Below, piece after piece: positions 36,744 through 45,495 of a DNA stretch of 57,911 nt (positions are counted from its first letter, which is position 1; each line of letters opens with the position of its first letter). Both the position numbers and the translations under genes were made by a program. The stretch is from NCBI GenBank assembly GCA_027001645.1, contig JALTMP010000185.1, positions 1 through 57,911 on the forward strand, read 5' to 3'. Origin of the DNA: Candidatus Heimdallarchaeota archaeon. Its GTDB lineage: Archaea > Asgardarchaeota > Heimdallarchaeia > Heimdallarchaeales > JAJRWK01. A model generated the notes under the pieces. That model ran no database searches. It was not told the origin of the DNA and saw only the letters and a program-made list of their open reading frames with translations.

Positions 36744-37895
36744 ATGATTCCTAATAGAACACCCTTGTATGATTGGCATGTTTCCAATGGAGACGTTGTT
36801 GATTTTGCTGGATGGGAGATGCCAGTTAGATTTTCTAGTATTATTGAAGAACACATGGCTGTTCGAGATGCCGTTGGGATTTTTGATGTGAGCCACATGG
36901 GACGAATCCATGTTAGAGGGAAGCATGCAAAAGACTTCATTGATTTAATCGTTCCCCGAAATGTTAAACGCATGTCCCTTGATCGAGCCGGCTACACCTA
37001 TGTGCTCAACGAAAATGGCGGATTCAAGGATGACGTTATTGTTACGGTTCTTGACGATGACCACATATTCTTTGTTTGTAACGCCTCTAATCGGAAAAAA
37101 ATCGTTAATTGGCTATTGACTCATCTCAAAACAATTCGATCTGTATTTTCTGACTTTGACGTGAAACTACAAGATGTTACCTTTCAAAGTGCAATGATTG
37201 CTATTCAAGGACCGGCCGCTCCAGAGCTTATGAAGCGTGTTTTTGGAACAGCGCCCGCGCGATGGAGAGTTGCACACGGATCTTTCAAAGACTATGATGT
37301 CCTATTAACTGGTACTGGATATACTGGGGAAATTGGTGGGGAAATCACCATCGAAATTGAAGACAAAAATGAACTGAAAAAGGTGGCAATTGAAATTTGG
37401 GAGGCTCTCCTAGAACACGGAAAAAATCTTGCCGTAAAACCATGTGGTCTGGGTGCGCGAGACTCTCTAAGAATGGAGGCAGGATATTGTCTATACGGCA
37501 ATGACATTGATGAACAAATAACCCCAAAGGAAGCAGGATTATTCTTCAGCCCATTTGCTGATAACGAAAAGAAATGGTATATCGGTAAAGACGCTTTAGA
37601 GACCAAAGACCCTACGCAGATTCGTATTGGATTCATAATGCTCGAAAAGGGGATCCCTCGGCATGGATACGATATTCTCAATTCTCAAGGAGCAAAAATA
37701 GGCTGGGTAACCAGTGGCACGCAATCTCCACTACTTCATTCTGGAATCGGAATGGGTTATGTATCCCCCGAATATGCAAAACCGGATACGGATTTATTGA
37801 TTCAAATACGAAAGAGACAAGTTAGGGCAAAAGTTGCTGAATTCCCTCTATATAATAGTTCCAAATATGGAGTTACCAGACAACAAAATACGTAA
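36744..37895 (+). CDS. gcvT: Aminomethyltransferase (glycine cleavage system T protein)
   Basis: TPLYDWHVSNGDVVDFAGWEMPVRF, GIFDVSHMGRIHVRG and LGARDSLRMEAGYCLYGND all match. Confidence 0.9.
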   Translation: MIPNRTPLYDWHVSNGDVVDFAGWEMPVRFSSIIEEHMAVRDAVGIFDVSHMGRIHVRGKHAKDFIDLIVPRNVKRMSLDRAGYTYVLNENGGFKDDVIVTVLDDDHIFFVCNASNRKKIVNWLLTHLKTIRSVFSDFDVKLQDVTFQSAMIAIQGPAAPELMKRVFGTAPARWRVAHGSFKDYDVLLTGTGYTGEIGGEITIEIEDKNELKKVAIEIWEALLEHGKNLAVKPCGLGARDSLRMEAGYCLYGNDIDEQITPKEAGLFFSPFADNEKKWYIGKDALETKDPTQIRIGFIMLEKGIPRHGYDILNSQGAKIGWVTSGTQSPLLHSGIGMGYVSPEYAKPDTDLLIQIRKRQVRAKVAEFPLYNSSKYGVTRQQNT

Positions 37896-37970
37896 GATGT
37901 TGCTTTCTTTCCCCATCAACTATTGGCTTTTCATAATCTTTTTCCCTCTTCCTCCTAGTTCTCATATAGG

Positions 37971-39095
37971 ATGAAAACAGTGGCCTTCTTTGTAAACCCA
38001 ATTGCCGGCTTTGGGGGTGAACTTGGCTGGAAAGGAACAGACGACTTCGAAAGGGCTTGGAAGCAATCTAACTACAAGGGATCGAGAAGAGCGATAGAGA
38101 GGGCCATTGACGCTGTTCACTCACTTTCTTCCCGTCTCCTTGAAGAAATCGAATGGATTACAGCCGCCGGAACAATGGGAGAAGACATTCTAAAGCGTGT
38201 CTCATCACGATTGCGGGTCGTTTACAATCCTCAATTCCCCACTACGCCTCAGGATACAACTAATTTTCTCCAACGTGCCAAAGCGCTTACTCCCTCATTA
38301 GTTATCTTTGTCGGAGGGGATGGAACTGCGAAGATTGTCTCAAGAGAACTCAAGTCAACCACAATTCCAGCTGTGGGAATCCCTGCTGGGGTTAAAATTA
38401 CCAGTGGTTGTTTTGTTAGAGCCCCTAAGGAACTTGGCTCTCTTCTTGATCGATGGTTGCAAGGCTCTCTCATTTCTGACTATGTTGACGTAACCGATCT
38501 ATTGGAATCTGATTACAAGCGTGGTATTGTAAATCCTATTCTAGTGGGAGAAATCTTGACTTTAGTATCTCCCTTTCTTCAAGGTGAGAAGACAATGTAT
38601 TCATTACCCGACCCCGAGTTGGCTGATCTCACTTATGAGGGCATTGCTGAAACCATCTCGGATGAAATCGAGGAAGGGTATTGGATTATTGGGCCCGGCT
38701 CAACCACTTACCGTGTAATGAAAAAACTTGGATATGAATTAACTCCCCTAGGAGTAGACTTACTCAGGAAAGGAAAACTAATCGCTAAGGATGCCAACTG
38801 TGAGAGACTTATCAAAGAACTAAAAAATGTGAATCCTACAGATCTGTATGTCTTATTAACCCCCATTGGAGGACAAGGATTCTTGCTTGGAAGAGGAAAT
38901 CAGCAAATCTGTTGTAGCATCCTTGAAAAATTATGTCCTGATAACTTCCGTCTCATTGCAACTCCTGAGAAAATGGAGGCTCTGAACAACCTATTCATCG
39001 ACGTTGATTGCCAGACCTCATTCAGACATTCTTCATTTGTAAGGGTCATCACCGGTCTTAATCGGGTAAGAATGATCAGATTAACCGTACTTTGA
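37971..39095 (+). CDS. ATP-NAD kinase-like protein (COG3199-type)
   Basis: VAFFVNPIAGFGGELGWKGTDD, IFVGGDGTAKIV and VGIPAGVKITSGCF all match. Confidence 0.7.
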   Translation: MKTVAFFVNPIAGFGGELGWKGTDDFERAWKQSNYKGSRRAIERAIDAVHSLSSRLLEEIEWITAAGTMGEDILKRVSSRLRVVYNPQFPTTPQDTTNFLQRAKALTPSLVIFVGGDGTAKIVSRELKSTTIPAVGIPAGVKITSGCFVRAPKELGSLLDRWLQGSLISDYVDVTDLLESDYKRGIVNPILVGEILTLVSPFLQGEKTMYSLPDPELADLTYEGIAETISDEIEEGYWIIGPGSTTYRVMKKLGYELTPLGVDLLRKGKLIAKDANCERLIKELKNVNPTDLYVLLTPIGGQGFLLGRGNQQICCSILEKLCPDNFRLIATPEKMEALNNLFIDVDCQTSFRHSSFVRVITGLNRVRMIRLTVL

Positions 39096-39270
39096 CCTTG
39101 TTCACTACCCCCTTATGGAGCGCTCCTCCAACATGCCGTAAACAATTGTTAGAATTACTGTCAGCAAGCTCCAAATTAAGAAGGTGAAACCTTGAGTGAA
39201 AAATCCGTAGATTATCGAAACCGTAAAGTATGCCTTATTCGAGCCAACAATAACATATAGAGGATTTTAA

Positions 39271-40305
39271 ATGACCCGCAAACCGTCTCGTGCTAAAGCA
39301 ACACTTATTTGGACCATTACCATGGGGATTCTTCTGCTTGTTGCCTATTGGAGCGGGATTGACTCCCTTCAAGCTGCCATTCAAGCCATGAAAGATATTG
39401 GTTGGCTAGGTGTCCTTTGGGTATTTTTTGCCTACTCCGTTGTCATGTTTATCCGTGCATTGAGGTGGAAGGTCTTTCTGGAGAAAGCAGGTGAAACAGT
39501 CTCCTTTTGGTATTTGCTCAAAGTCGCATATGTTGCTTGGGCTCAGAATTCATTTCTTCTAGCCCGACTAGGTGAAGTCTCTCGTCTCTATTACCTCAAA
39601 AAGGATCATAAGGTTAGCATCGGACATAACACTGCAACCATTATTTTAGAAAAAATTCTTGATGTAGTCGTCTTAGCTGGCCTTCTTGGAGTAACAGCAT
39701 GGGTGGTCAGCATTTTTGCACCAATTGATAAATCAATTAAGATTGCTCTTTTGGGACTGGGCGTTGCGAGTCTGCTTGGTATTGCGATTCTTATACTTTA
39801 CTTAGCCTATGGGCCAACTTTTGACCGGCTGTTCAATAAGATTCCTAAAGTGGGAGAATTGCATGAACGATTCTATAAGACTTTTAGTGAAGCAATGAGA
39901 CTTGGTGTCGCAGAACCTAAAACAATTGCTTATACTACTTTTCTGACTGCCATCGCATGGATGACAGAAGCTATTACCATCTACTTAGTTGCACTTCGCT
40001 TCGGCATTGACGCTCCTGTTGCCGGCGTGATCTTGGCTTCTTTGTTTGGTTTCGCCACATTTGTGCTTCCCGTACTTCCTGGAAATATTGGTGCCTTTGA
40101 AGGTGTTGTCCGCCTTGTTTTAACCGGGTTTAATGTTGACGGGCAAATGGCGACACGCATACCTTTCGTCACCCACATCTTAATTATCTTCTACTTAGCA
40201 ATCGCCGGTGGAGCTAGTTTCTTAATCTTGGAAACCCATGGAAAGAAAACAAGAAACACAAGTATCCAATCTGAAATTCTTTCGGCAAACAAAAATGTGG
40301 AGTAA
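39271..40305 (+). CDS. Flippase-like / lysylphosphatidylglycerol-synthase TM-region family (UPF0104) membrane protein
   Basis: About 8 TM helices, with the early conserved RALRWKVFL motif typical of this family. Confidence 0.55.
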   Translation: MTRKPSRAKATLIWTITMGILLLVAYWSGIDSLQAAIQAMKDIGWLGVLWVFFAYSVVMFIRALRWKVFLEKAGETVSFWYLLKVAYVAWAQNSFLLARLGEVSRLYYLKKDHKVSIGHNTATIILEKILDVVVLAGLLGVTAWVVSIFAPIDKSIKIALLGLGVASLLGIAILILYLAYGPTFDRLFNKIPKVGELHERFYKTFSEAMRLGVAEPKTIAYTTFLTAIAWMTEAITIYLVALRFGIDAPVAGVILASLFGFATFVLPVLPGNIGAFEGVVRLVLTGFNVDGQMATRIPFVTHILIIFYLAIAGGASFLILETHGKKTRNTSIQSEILSANKNVE

Positions 40306-40403
40306 GGCCGCCCCATTATCCCATTCGGGTTTTCTCTGAGTATATTGCTTATATTCTTTAGATAATATATCCAGTTTAAGCTTGCTATTGGTTAATCGTC
40401 TTG

Positions 40404-40724
40404 ATGATATCGCATTTCAATAACTATGAAGAAATCACAATACGCAGTGGCAGAATTCATCCTTCAGATAATGAAAAACTGGCTTCTCACTATACCTGTG
40501 ATTGTGGGTCCCGAATGAGGCTTCTTGGTCATCAGTATAGCGTAAATGGTCAAAAAACTGTGCTTGACACATATCATGTTAAGTGTCCCACATGTTTTTC
40601 GAGAAAACGTCTTCATTTTCCAATGGAACTGCATGTTGTAAAACAAGCCCTTGAATCCGACTTAGCAAAACTTACCAGTCTTTTATCAAAAAATTACAAC
40701 ATCTCAACTTCGGATGCGTCATGA
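40404..40724 (+). CDS. Small Cys4 zinc-ribbon protein, unknown function
   Basis: CDCGSRMRL...KCPTCFSRK. I recognise no family. Its 3' end overlaps the convergent GTPase gene by 31 nt. Confidence 0.35.
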   Translation: MISHFNNYEEITIRSGRIHPSDNEKLASHYTCDCGSRMRLLGHQYSVNGQKTVLDTYHVKCPTCFSRKRLHFPMELHVVKQALESDLAKLTSLLSKNYNISTSDAS

Positions 40725-41569
40725 TCCTTTAACAGCTCTTCATCTGCCTTGTTCTCTCTTTTCTCACCCGGGGGTTGTTCATAAACCCTAATGTTTCCTT
40801 TGACATGATCCATGATCACCTGCCTCGCGATCAAATCCACGTTCGGGTCTCCGCCTTTTAAGACACGATTTCTTTTAATTGCAAGTTGCGCAAGAAACGA
40901 ATCTACATTGTCAAATGGAATCCCGTATGCTTCCAACATTATTCCCGGATTCATCTCTTCTAGTGTTTTGATTAATATTCCACAAGCCTTTATCGGGTCA
41001 CTCAGCCGTTCTGGGCGAATAATCCCTAATAGTAGCTGATCCGAAAAAGGGATTGCTGAAGGAATCACACCCGGAGTATCATATACCATCATTCTCGCAC
41101 CTATTCGAAGCAATTGCATTGCTTTCGTGAATCCTGGAATTGGAGCTGTCGGAGCAGAAGAACGCCCCTTTAGGATGTTAATTAGAGATGATTTTCCAGT
41201 GTTTGGCAACCCAACAACCCCGAGAACAATATCTTCGTGTTTGTTTTTTCTAGGAGCAAAGCGCTGAATTTGTTTTCGCAAAATACTAGTTCCTAACCTT
41301 TCTCTTGCTGAGACCAACACAGCGTGAAATCCTTCTCTTTTTAGGAACCTAAGCCATCTTTTTCCTACTGATCGGGGGATAAGGTCGCTTTTGTTGAGAA
41401 CTAGCATCAACTCTTTGTTTGATTGCTCTTGGATTTTATTCTCTAAGTAAAAGCTTCTACACCGCGAAGGAAACCTAGCATCCACTACTTCTAGCACAAC
41501 GTCGCTTTTGTCTACAACATCCCAGACAATTTTCCAAGGATTTTTCTTGCCCAATTTTACACGCTCCAA
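40694..41569 (-). CDS. Circularly permuted YlqF/YawG-family (RbgA/Lsg1-like) ribosome-biogenesis GTPase
   Basis: The G motifs are in permuted order: LVLNKSDL (G4) comes before GLPNTGKSSLIN (G1) and YDTPGV (G3). It has a TTG start with no in-frame ATG nearby. Confidence 0.8.
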   Translation of the reverse strand: MERVKLGKKNPWKIVWDVVDKSDVVLEVVDARFPSRCRSFYLENKIQEQSNKELMLVLNKSDLIPRSVGKRWLRFLKREGFHAVLVSARERLGTSILRKQIQRFAPRKNKHEDIVLGVVGLPNTGKSSLINILKGRSSAPTAPIPGFTKAMQLLRIGARMMVYDTPGVIPSAIPFSDQLLLGIIRPERLSDPIKACGILIKTLEEMNPGIMLEAYGIPFDNVDSFLAQLAIKRNRVLKGGDPNVDLIARQVIMDHVKGNIRVYEQPPGEKRENKADEELLKDHDASEVEML

Positions 41570-41814
41570 GGTTTACCTACGTCACGATCATCATTTTTAT
41601 CTCTCGATATGTGCGTTGGTCCGATGCCCGGGTCTGGGCTTGGATGAAACGGGGGCGTAATTCCATGAAATCTCAAGTGTTCATAAAGCATTCTGCGCAG
41701 TTCTGTAACTTCTTTTTCTAGCATTTCTACTCTTTTCGCTAATTCGTTTGGCTTTTCCATACATATTGTTTCATCAAGACGCATACAATAGATCTTTGGA
41801 AGAGCACTTTTCAT
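41557..41814 (-). CDS. Small hypothetical protein (short coiled coil plus Pro-rich tail)
   Basis: This is ORF-only evidence. LAKRVEMLEKEVTELRRMLYEHL forms the helix. The stop overlaps the GTPase start by 13 nt. Confidence 0.3.
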   Translation of the reverse strand: MKSALPKIYCMRLDETICMEKPNELAKRVEMLEKEVTELRRMLYEHLRFHGITPPFHPSPDPGIGPTHISRDKNDDRDVGKPWSV

Positions 41815-41861
41815 CCAGAAAACATGACCATCGCTGAAACCAAATAAATTTCTGAGTAGGG

Positions 41862-42146
41862 TTACGCTTCTGTTCCCGCCGCTAACTTATCTAGTTCTTC
41901 CAGAACTTCAGGGGTTATTTTCTTAGCAACATTATTGTTGATCCTGTATAAACCCGCGCTCATGAAGACCAGCAACCCCGTCTGCTTCCATTTTCTGAAG
42001 AGATAGCGGATCGTTTTCTCTGAGAAACCAAGACTTGTCAGACCTCCAATGCTGATGACCTTTTCCTTTAAAATAGTTGACAAGACTTTGGCCTGTAGAG
42101 GTGTGAGATCAGTACCAAAAACCTCGTGGATGATATTACGAGTCAT
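41862..42146 (-). CDS. Small putative winged-helix protein
   Basis: LTPLQAKVLSTILKEKVISIGGLTSLGFSEKTIRYLFRKWKQTGLL has an HTH-like pattern. I recognise no family. Confidence 0.35.
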   Translation of the reverse strand: MTRNIIHEVFGTDLTPLQAKVLSTILKEKVISIGGLTSLGFSEKTIRYLFRKWKQTGLLVFMSAGLYRINNNVAKKITPEVLEELDKLAAGTEA

Positions 42147-42261
42147 AATTGCACAACAAGTTTCAAGTTGAAATTATTAAAGCCTATGCTGGGAGACGTT
42201 ACACAAAATAAGAATCTTTATGGCCATATCTATGAAGATTATGAGTTCCCCATCCGGTACA

Positions 42262-43419
42262 CTACCTGGCTTTCGCTTTCTCCCATTCTTGAAGTGCCTC
42301 TCCAACTCTTTCTATCTCCTCCCTAGTCAGTGTTGGAACTATTGGAACTTCGGCATGAGTAACTGCTACTTCCTCCGCAATCGGGAGGCTAATATTGGTA
42401 TAATCCGGATAATCAACGCATTTCGCCCATCGCCACTTGGAAATATCCCGATATGCCGGTTGCTGATAGGCCAGAACAGAATAAATCCTTCTTGAGAGCA
42501 CATTTTTTTCTCTCAAAAACTCAATTAATGCATCGATCTCCTGCTTGGTCCTCGTCTTCACAGCGAATACGTAATTCGCATGTTGAAATCCTCTAGGCAC
42601 TTGTTGGTAGGTCAGAAACTCTAATTCATCGATTGTAGCTCTTAGCATTTCTGCATTTTTTTCTCTTCTTTCGAGAAGACTAGGAAGTTTCCTTAACTGG
42701 GCTAACGCTACTGCAGCACACAGATCCGTTGTTCGATAGTTAAATCCGATTCGAAGGTGCGAATATCCTCCTTGCTTTGGTCTTCCATGATTTTTCAGGC
42801 TATCAAGCTTATCCCTCAACTCATCGTTATTGGTAACCACCATTCCTCCCTCTCCTGCTATCATGTTTTTCGTAGCATAGAACGAAAAACATCCAACATC
42901 GCCAAATCCCCCAACATGCTTGCCGTTGATACGGGCACCGTGGGCTTGTGCCGCATCCTCAATTACTATTAACCCATGCTCTTCAGCAATCTCCAAGATT
43001 TCAGGCATGTTGGCAGGTAGTCCAAATATGTGAACCGGGAGAATTGCTTTAGTCTTTGGTGTAATTGCTTTCTTTATCTTCTCTGGATCAATATTCCATG
43101 TTTGTGGATCAATGTCCACAAAAATAGGCACTCCTCCGACGAAAGAAATTGAATTTGCAGAAGCAATGAACGTAAAGGGAGTCGTTATCACTTCATCGCC
43201 TGGATTTATTCCCACTGCCTCCATTGCTAAGTGGAGTGCTACTGTCCCATTGGCTGTGGTCATTGCGAACTTTGTTCCTGTGAATTCTTGGAATTCCTTT
43301 TCTAACGTTCTGGCAACCTTTCCTTCTACCAACCACTTTGATTTGATAACGTTTTGTACCTCTTGTAGCTCCTCAGCTTCGACCACCGGGTCGACGAAAG
43401 GTATTTGTCTTTCACTCAT
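42262..43419 (-). CDS. DegT/DnrJ/EryC1/StrS-family PLP-dependent sugar aminotransferase
   Basis: TANGTVALHLA, DAAQAHGA and SFYATKNMIAGEGGMVV match, the last carrying the PLP Lys. Confidence 0.88.
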   Translation of the reverse strand: MSERQIPFVDPVVEAEELQEVQNVIKSKWLVEGKVARTLEKEFQEFTGTKFAMTTANGTVALHLAMEAVGINPGDEVITTPFTFIASANSISFVGGVPIFVDIDPQTWNIDPEKIKKAITPKTKAILPVHIFGLPANMPEILEIAEEHGLIVIEDAAQAHGARINGKHVGGFGDVGCFSFYATKNMIAGEGGMVVTNNDELRDKLDSLKNHGRPKQGGYSHLRIGFNYRTTDLCAAVALAQLRKLPSLLERREKNAEMLRATIDELEFLTYQQVPRGFQHANYVFAVKTRTKQEIDALIEFLREKNVLSRRIYSVLAYQQPAYRDISKWRWAKCVDYPDYTNISLPIAEEVAVTHAEVPIVPTLTREEIERVGEALQEWEKAKAR

Positions 43420-43451
43420 TACTATTTTTGAGTAAAAACAAGTTAAAAAGT

Positions 43452-43817
43452 TTAAGGTAATCTCGCCATTTCTAAAATAAAAAGGCGTACTCGCTTAAGG
43501 ATCAAATCTAAAGACATAGATGGCCTAACCTGAGAGCGCGTGACTCTGTAGCATGGCAAATGAACAAAAACAAAAGGTATCCTATGGAATCTTCTCGGCA
43601 AATTCAAGTAATGTGCACTCTCAAAATACGATTGATTGCAGTCAAAAGTCCGTGCAAAAGACGATATTCTTGAGGTTTTCCTTTGAAATCTCTCTTTAGA
43701 ATCCCGTAGGCTAGTTCAAAAATAGGTTGTGAACGGATCATTTCCAATCATTTGCGCTTTGATGATGGTGTTTCCCCCAAAGGGCTCAAATCCTTTAAGA
43801 AAAACTTTTTTCATCAT
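43452..43817 (-). pseudogene. pcp: Decayed pyrrolidone-carboxylate (pyroglutamyl) peptidase I gene (peptidase C15)
   Basis: This is my own translation; the gene is not in the ORF track. It reads MMKKVFLKGFEPFGGNTI...DPFTTYF-[TGA at 43716-43718]-TSLRDSKERF...ARTFDCNQSYFES...IPFVFVHLP...RPSMSLD...LEMARLP*. It keeps the Pcp N-terminus (GFEPFGG), the Cys motif (TFxCN) and the His motif (FVHLP). About 90 central residues are missing and there is an in-frame stop. Confidence 0.6.
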
Positions 43818-43970
43818 TTCTCTTTTTTTTCATCTTACGCAGGCATGTCTTGGATGTTTCCTTGTCTTGAAGGATTCTATTAAGAGTGGGGAACCTTTTT
43901 TCGAAAGATTTTTTTCTTCAATGATTCGGGGTAGAAGATTTTTTATCATTATCATGTGGAGTAAAAACAA

Positions 43971-45311
43971 ATGAGTTCCCATGAAGCATTAAATGAAATA
44001 ATGGGATTGGTTTCCAAACATAATCGGATTTTTCGGGAATCAATTCCTCTGATTGCAAGTGAAAATCTCTTATCAAAATCTGCAAGAGAAGCGCTCGTTT
44101 CTGACTTGGGCATGCGGTACGCTGAAGGTTGGCCTGGTGAACGCGTGTATGCAGGGTGCCAAGCAATTGATGAAATTGAGCTTAAAACCATTGAACAACT
44201 AAAGAAATTATTCAACGCCGCTTTTGCTGATGTAAGGCCAATATCCGGAGTAGTTGCAAATCTTACGGTCTACACTGCGTTTACAAAACCCGGCGACACC
44301 ATGATGGCGATCTCCATTGCCAGTGGTGGACATATTTCAATGGGCCCGTTACGGGCTAAATCAGGAAATATTATTGGAGGGACTGCCGGCGCAGTTCATG
44401 GTCTCGAAGTGGAGTACTTGCCCTTTGATCACAAGGAAATGAATATTGATGTTGCAGAAGCTGAAAAACGAATAAAAGAAACTAAACCTCAACTTGTTCA
44501 GTTTGGTGCATCCGTTTTCCTATTTCCACATCCCGTGAAAGATCTCGCGCCCATTGCACACGATGTTGGAGCAAAAGTTAATTTTGACGCTGCTCACGTA
44601 TCTGGGTTAATCGCTGGAGGTAATTTCCAAGATCCCTTACGAGAAGGTGCAGACTCCATGAGTTTTTCCACCCACAAAACATTCTTCGGACCACAACATG
44701 GTGCAGTTGTCTTGCGCACAGAAGAATATGCGGATGACATAAAAAGAGCCGCATTCCCCGGAATGACGTCTAACCACCACTTACATAATGTCGCCGCTTT
44801 ATCTATTGCAGCTTCAGAATTCGAAGCATTTGGAAGAGAATATGCTACTCAGGTTGTGAAAAACAGCAAAGCCCTCGCCCAAGCCCTATATGATTTTGAC
44901 TTTAATGTTGTAGCTGCTGATAAGGGCTTTACAGAGTCGCATATTATTTTGGTAGACGTCTCCAATCTGCAGAATTCAATCGGACTCGGTGGTGATATCG
45001 AGAAACTCCTGGAAAAATGCAATATTATAGTTAACCGTAACCTCCTTCCGTGGGATATTCGGGAAAAACGCTCATACATGAATCCCGGTGGGATACGATT
45101 GGGCACAAGCGAGTTGACTCGCTTAGGAATGAAGGAAGAAGAAATGGAACAGATCGCGGAATTCATCAAAAAAGCTCTACTTGACAAACAAGATCCTAAA
45201 GAGATTAGAAAAGACGTTTTGGAATTCAAGAAAGACTTCATGACTTTGCATTACACTTTTGACGAAGGCTTTAATCCCTATCTGGACTACACGATCGTTC
45301 CTATCTCTTAG
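43971..45311 (+). CDS. glyA: Serine hydroxymethyltransferase (archaeal type)
   Basis: IPLIASENLLS, RYAEGWPGERVYAGC and FSTHKTFFGPQHG match, the last carrying the PLP Lys. Confidence 0.92.
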   Translation: MSSHEALNEIMGLVSKHNRIFRESIPLIASENLLSKSAREALVSDLGMRYAEGWPGERVYAGCQAIDEIELKTIEQLKKLFNAAFADVRPISGVVANLTVYTAFTKPGDTMMAISIASGGHISMGPLRAKSGNIIGGTAGAVHGLEVEYLPFDHKEMNIDVAEAEKRIKETKPQLVQFGASVFLFPHPVKDLAPIAHDVGAKVNFDAAHVSGLIAGGNFQDPLREGADSMSFSTHKTFFGPQHGAVVLRTEEYADDIKRAAFPGMTSNHHLHNVAALSIAASEFEAFGREYATQVVKNSKALAQALYDFDFNVVAADKGFTESHIILVDVSNLQNSIGLGGDIEKLLEKCNIIVNRNLLPWDIREKRSYMNPGGIRLGTSELTRLGMKEEEMEQIAEFIKKALLDKQDPKEIRKDVLEFKKDFMTLHYTFDEGFNPYLDYTIVPIS

Positions 45312-45445
45312 ATTGTTCTGTTAATGGTTTTGCCTCCCCTTGATCCTTTTTCTTATTTGTGCATTTGTCTGTCCCCTATCGCTATATTCGTTTATTTGCA
45401 CAATATAGGGTGTATATTTTTCCTAATTTACGTTTGATTCACCAA

Positions 45446-45455
45446 TTATATAAAA
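45446..45455 (+). promoter_or_regulatory. Candidate TATA box for the hdrA-mvh operon
   Basis: TTATATAAAA is centred about 46 nt upstream of the ATG at 45496. This is compatible with a transcript start near 45477 and a short leader carrying the GAGAGG Shine-Dalgarno. Confidence 0.35.
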
Positions 45456-45495
45456 ATCTGTTTTACAAACTATTTTACTAAGACTTAGAGAGGTT

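Noticed and set aside
43716-43718. The in-frame TGA in the pcp-like frame might encode selenocysteine or be a recoded stop.
   Set aside because: It aligns with an ordinary Ser position in Pcp, not a redox Cys. The gene also carries a deletion of about 90 codons that removes the catalytic Glu region. I see no obvious SECIS-like structure. A pseudogene is the simpler explanation.
43729-43974. 81-aa plus-strand ORF in the degT-like / glyA intergenic region.
   Set aside because: Its composition is implausible (FFIISLFFH...FFIIIMW). It lies antisense to and downstream of the pcp relic and runs into the glyA start. The open frame is better explained as a by-product of the pseudogene on the other strand.
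45340-45410. Imperfect inverted repeat TTATTTGTGCA ... TGCACAATAT upstream of the hdrA-mvh operon, as a possible operator.
   Set aside because: Only about 7 nt are truly complementary, the spacing is about 35 nt, and such matches are expected by chance in AT-rich DNA.
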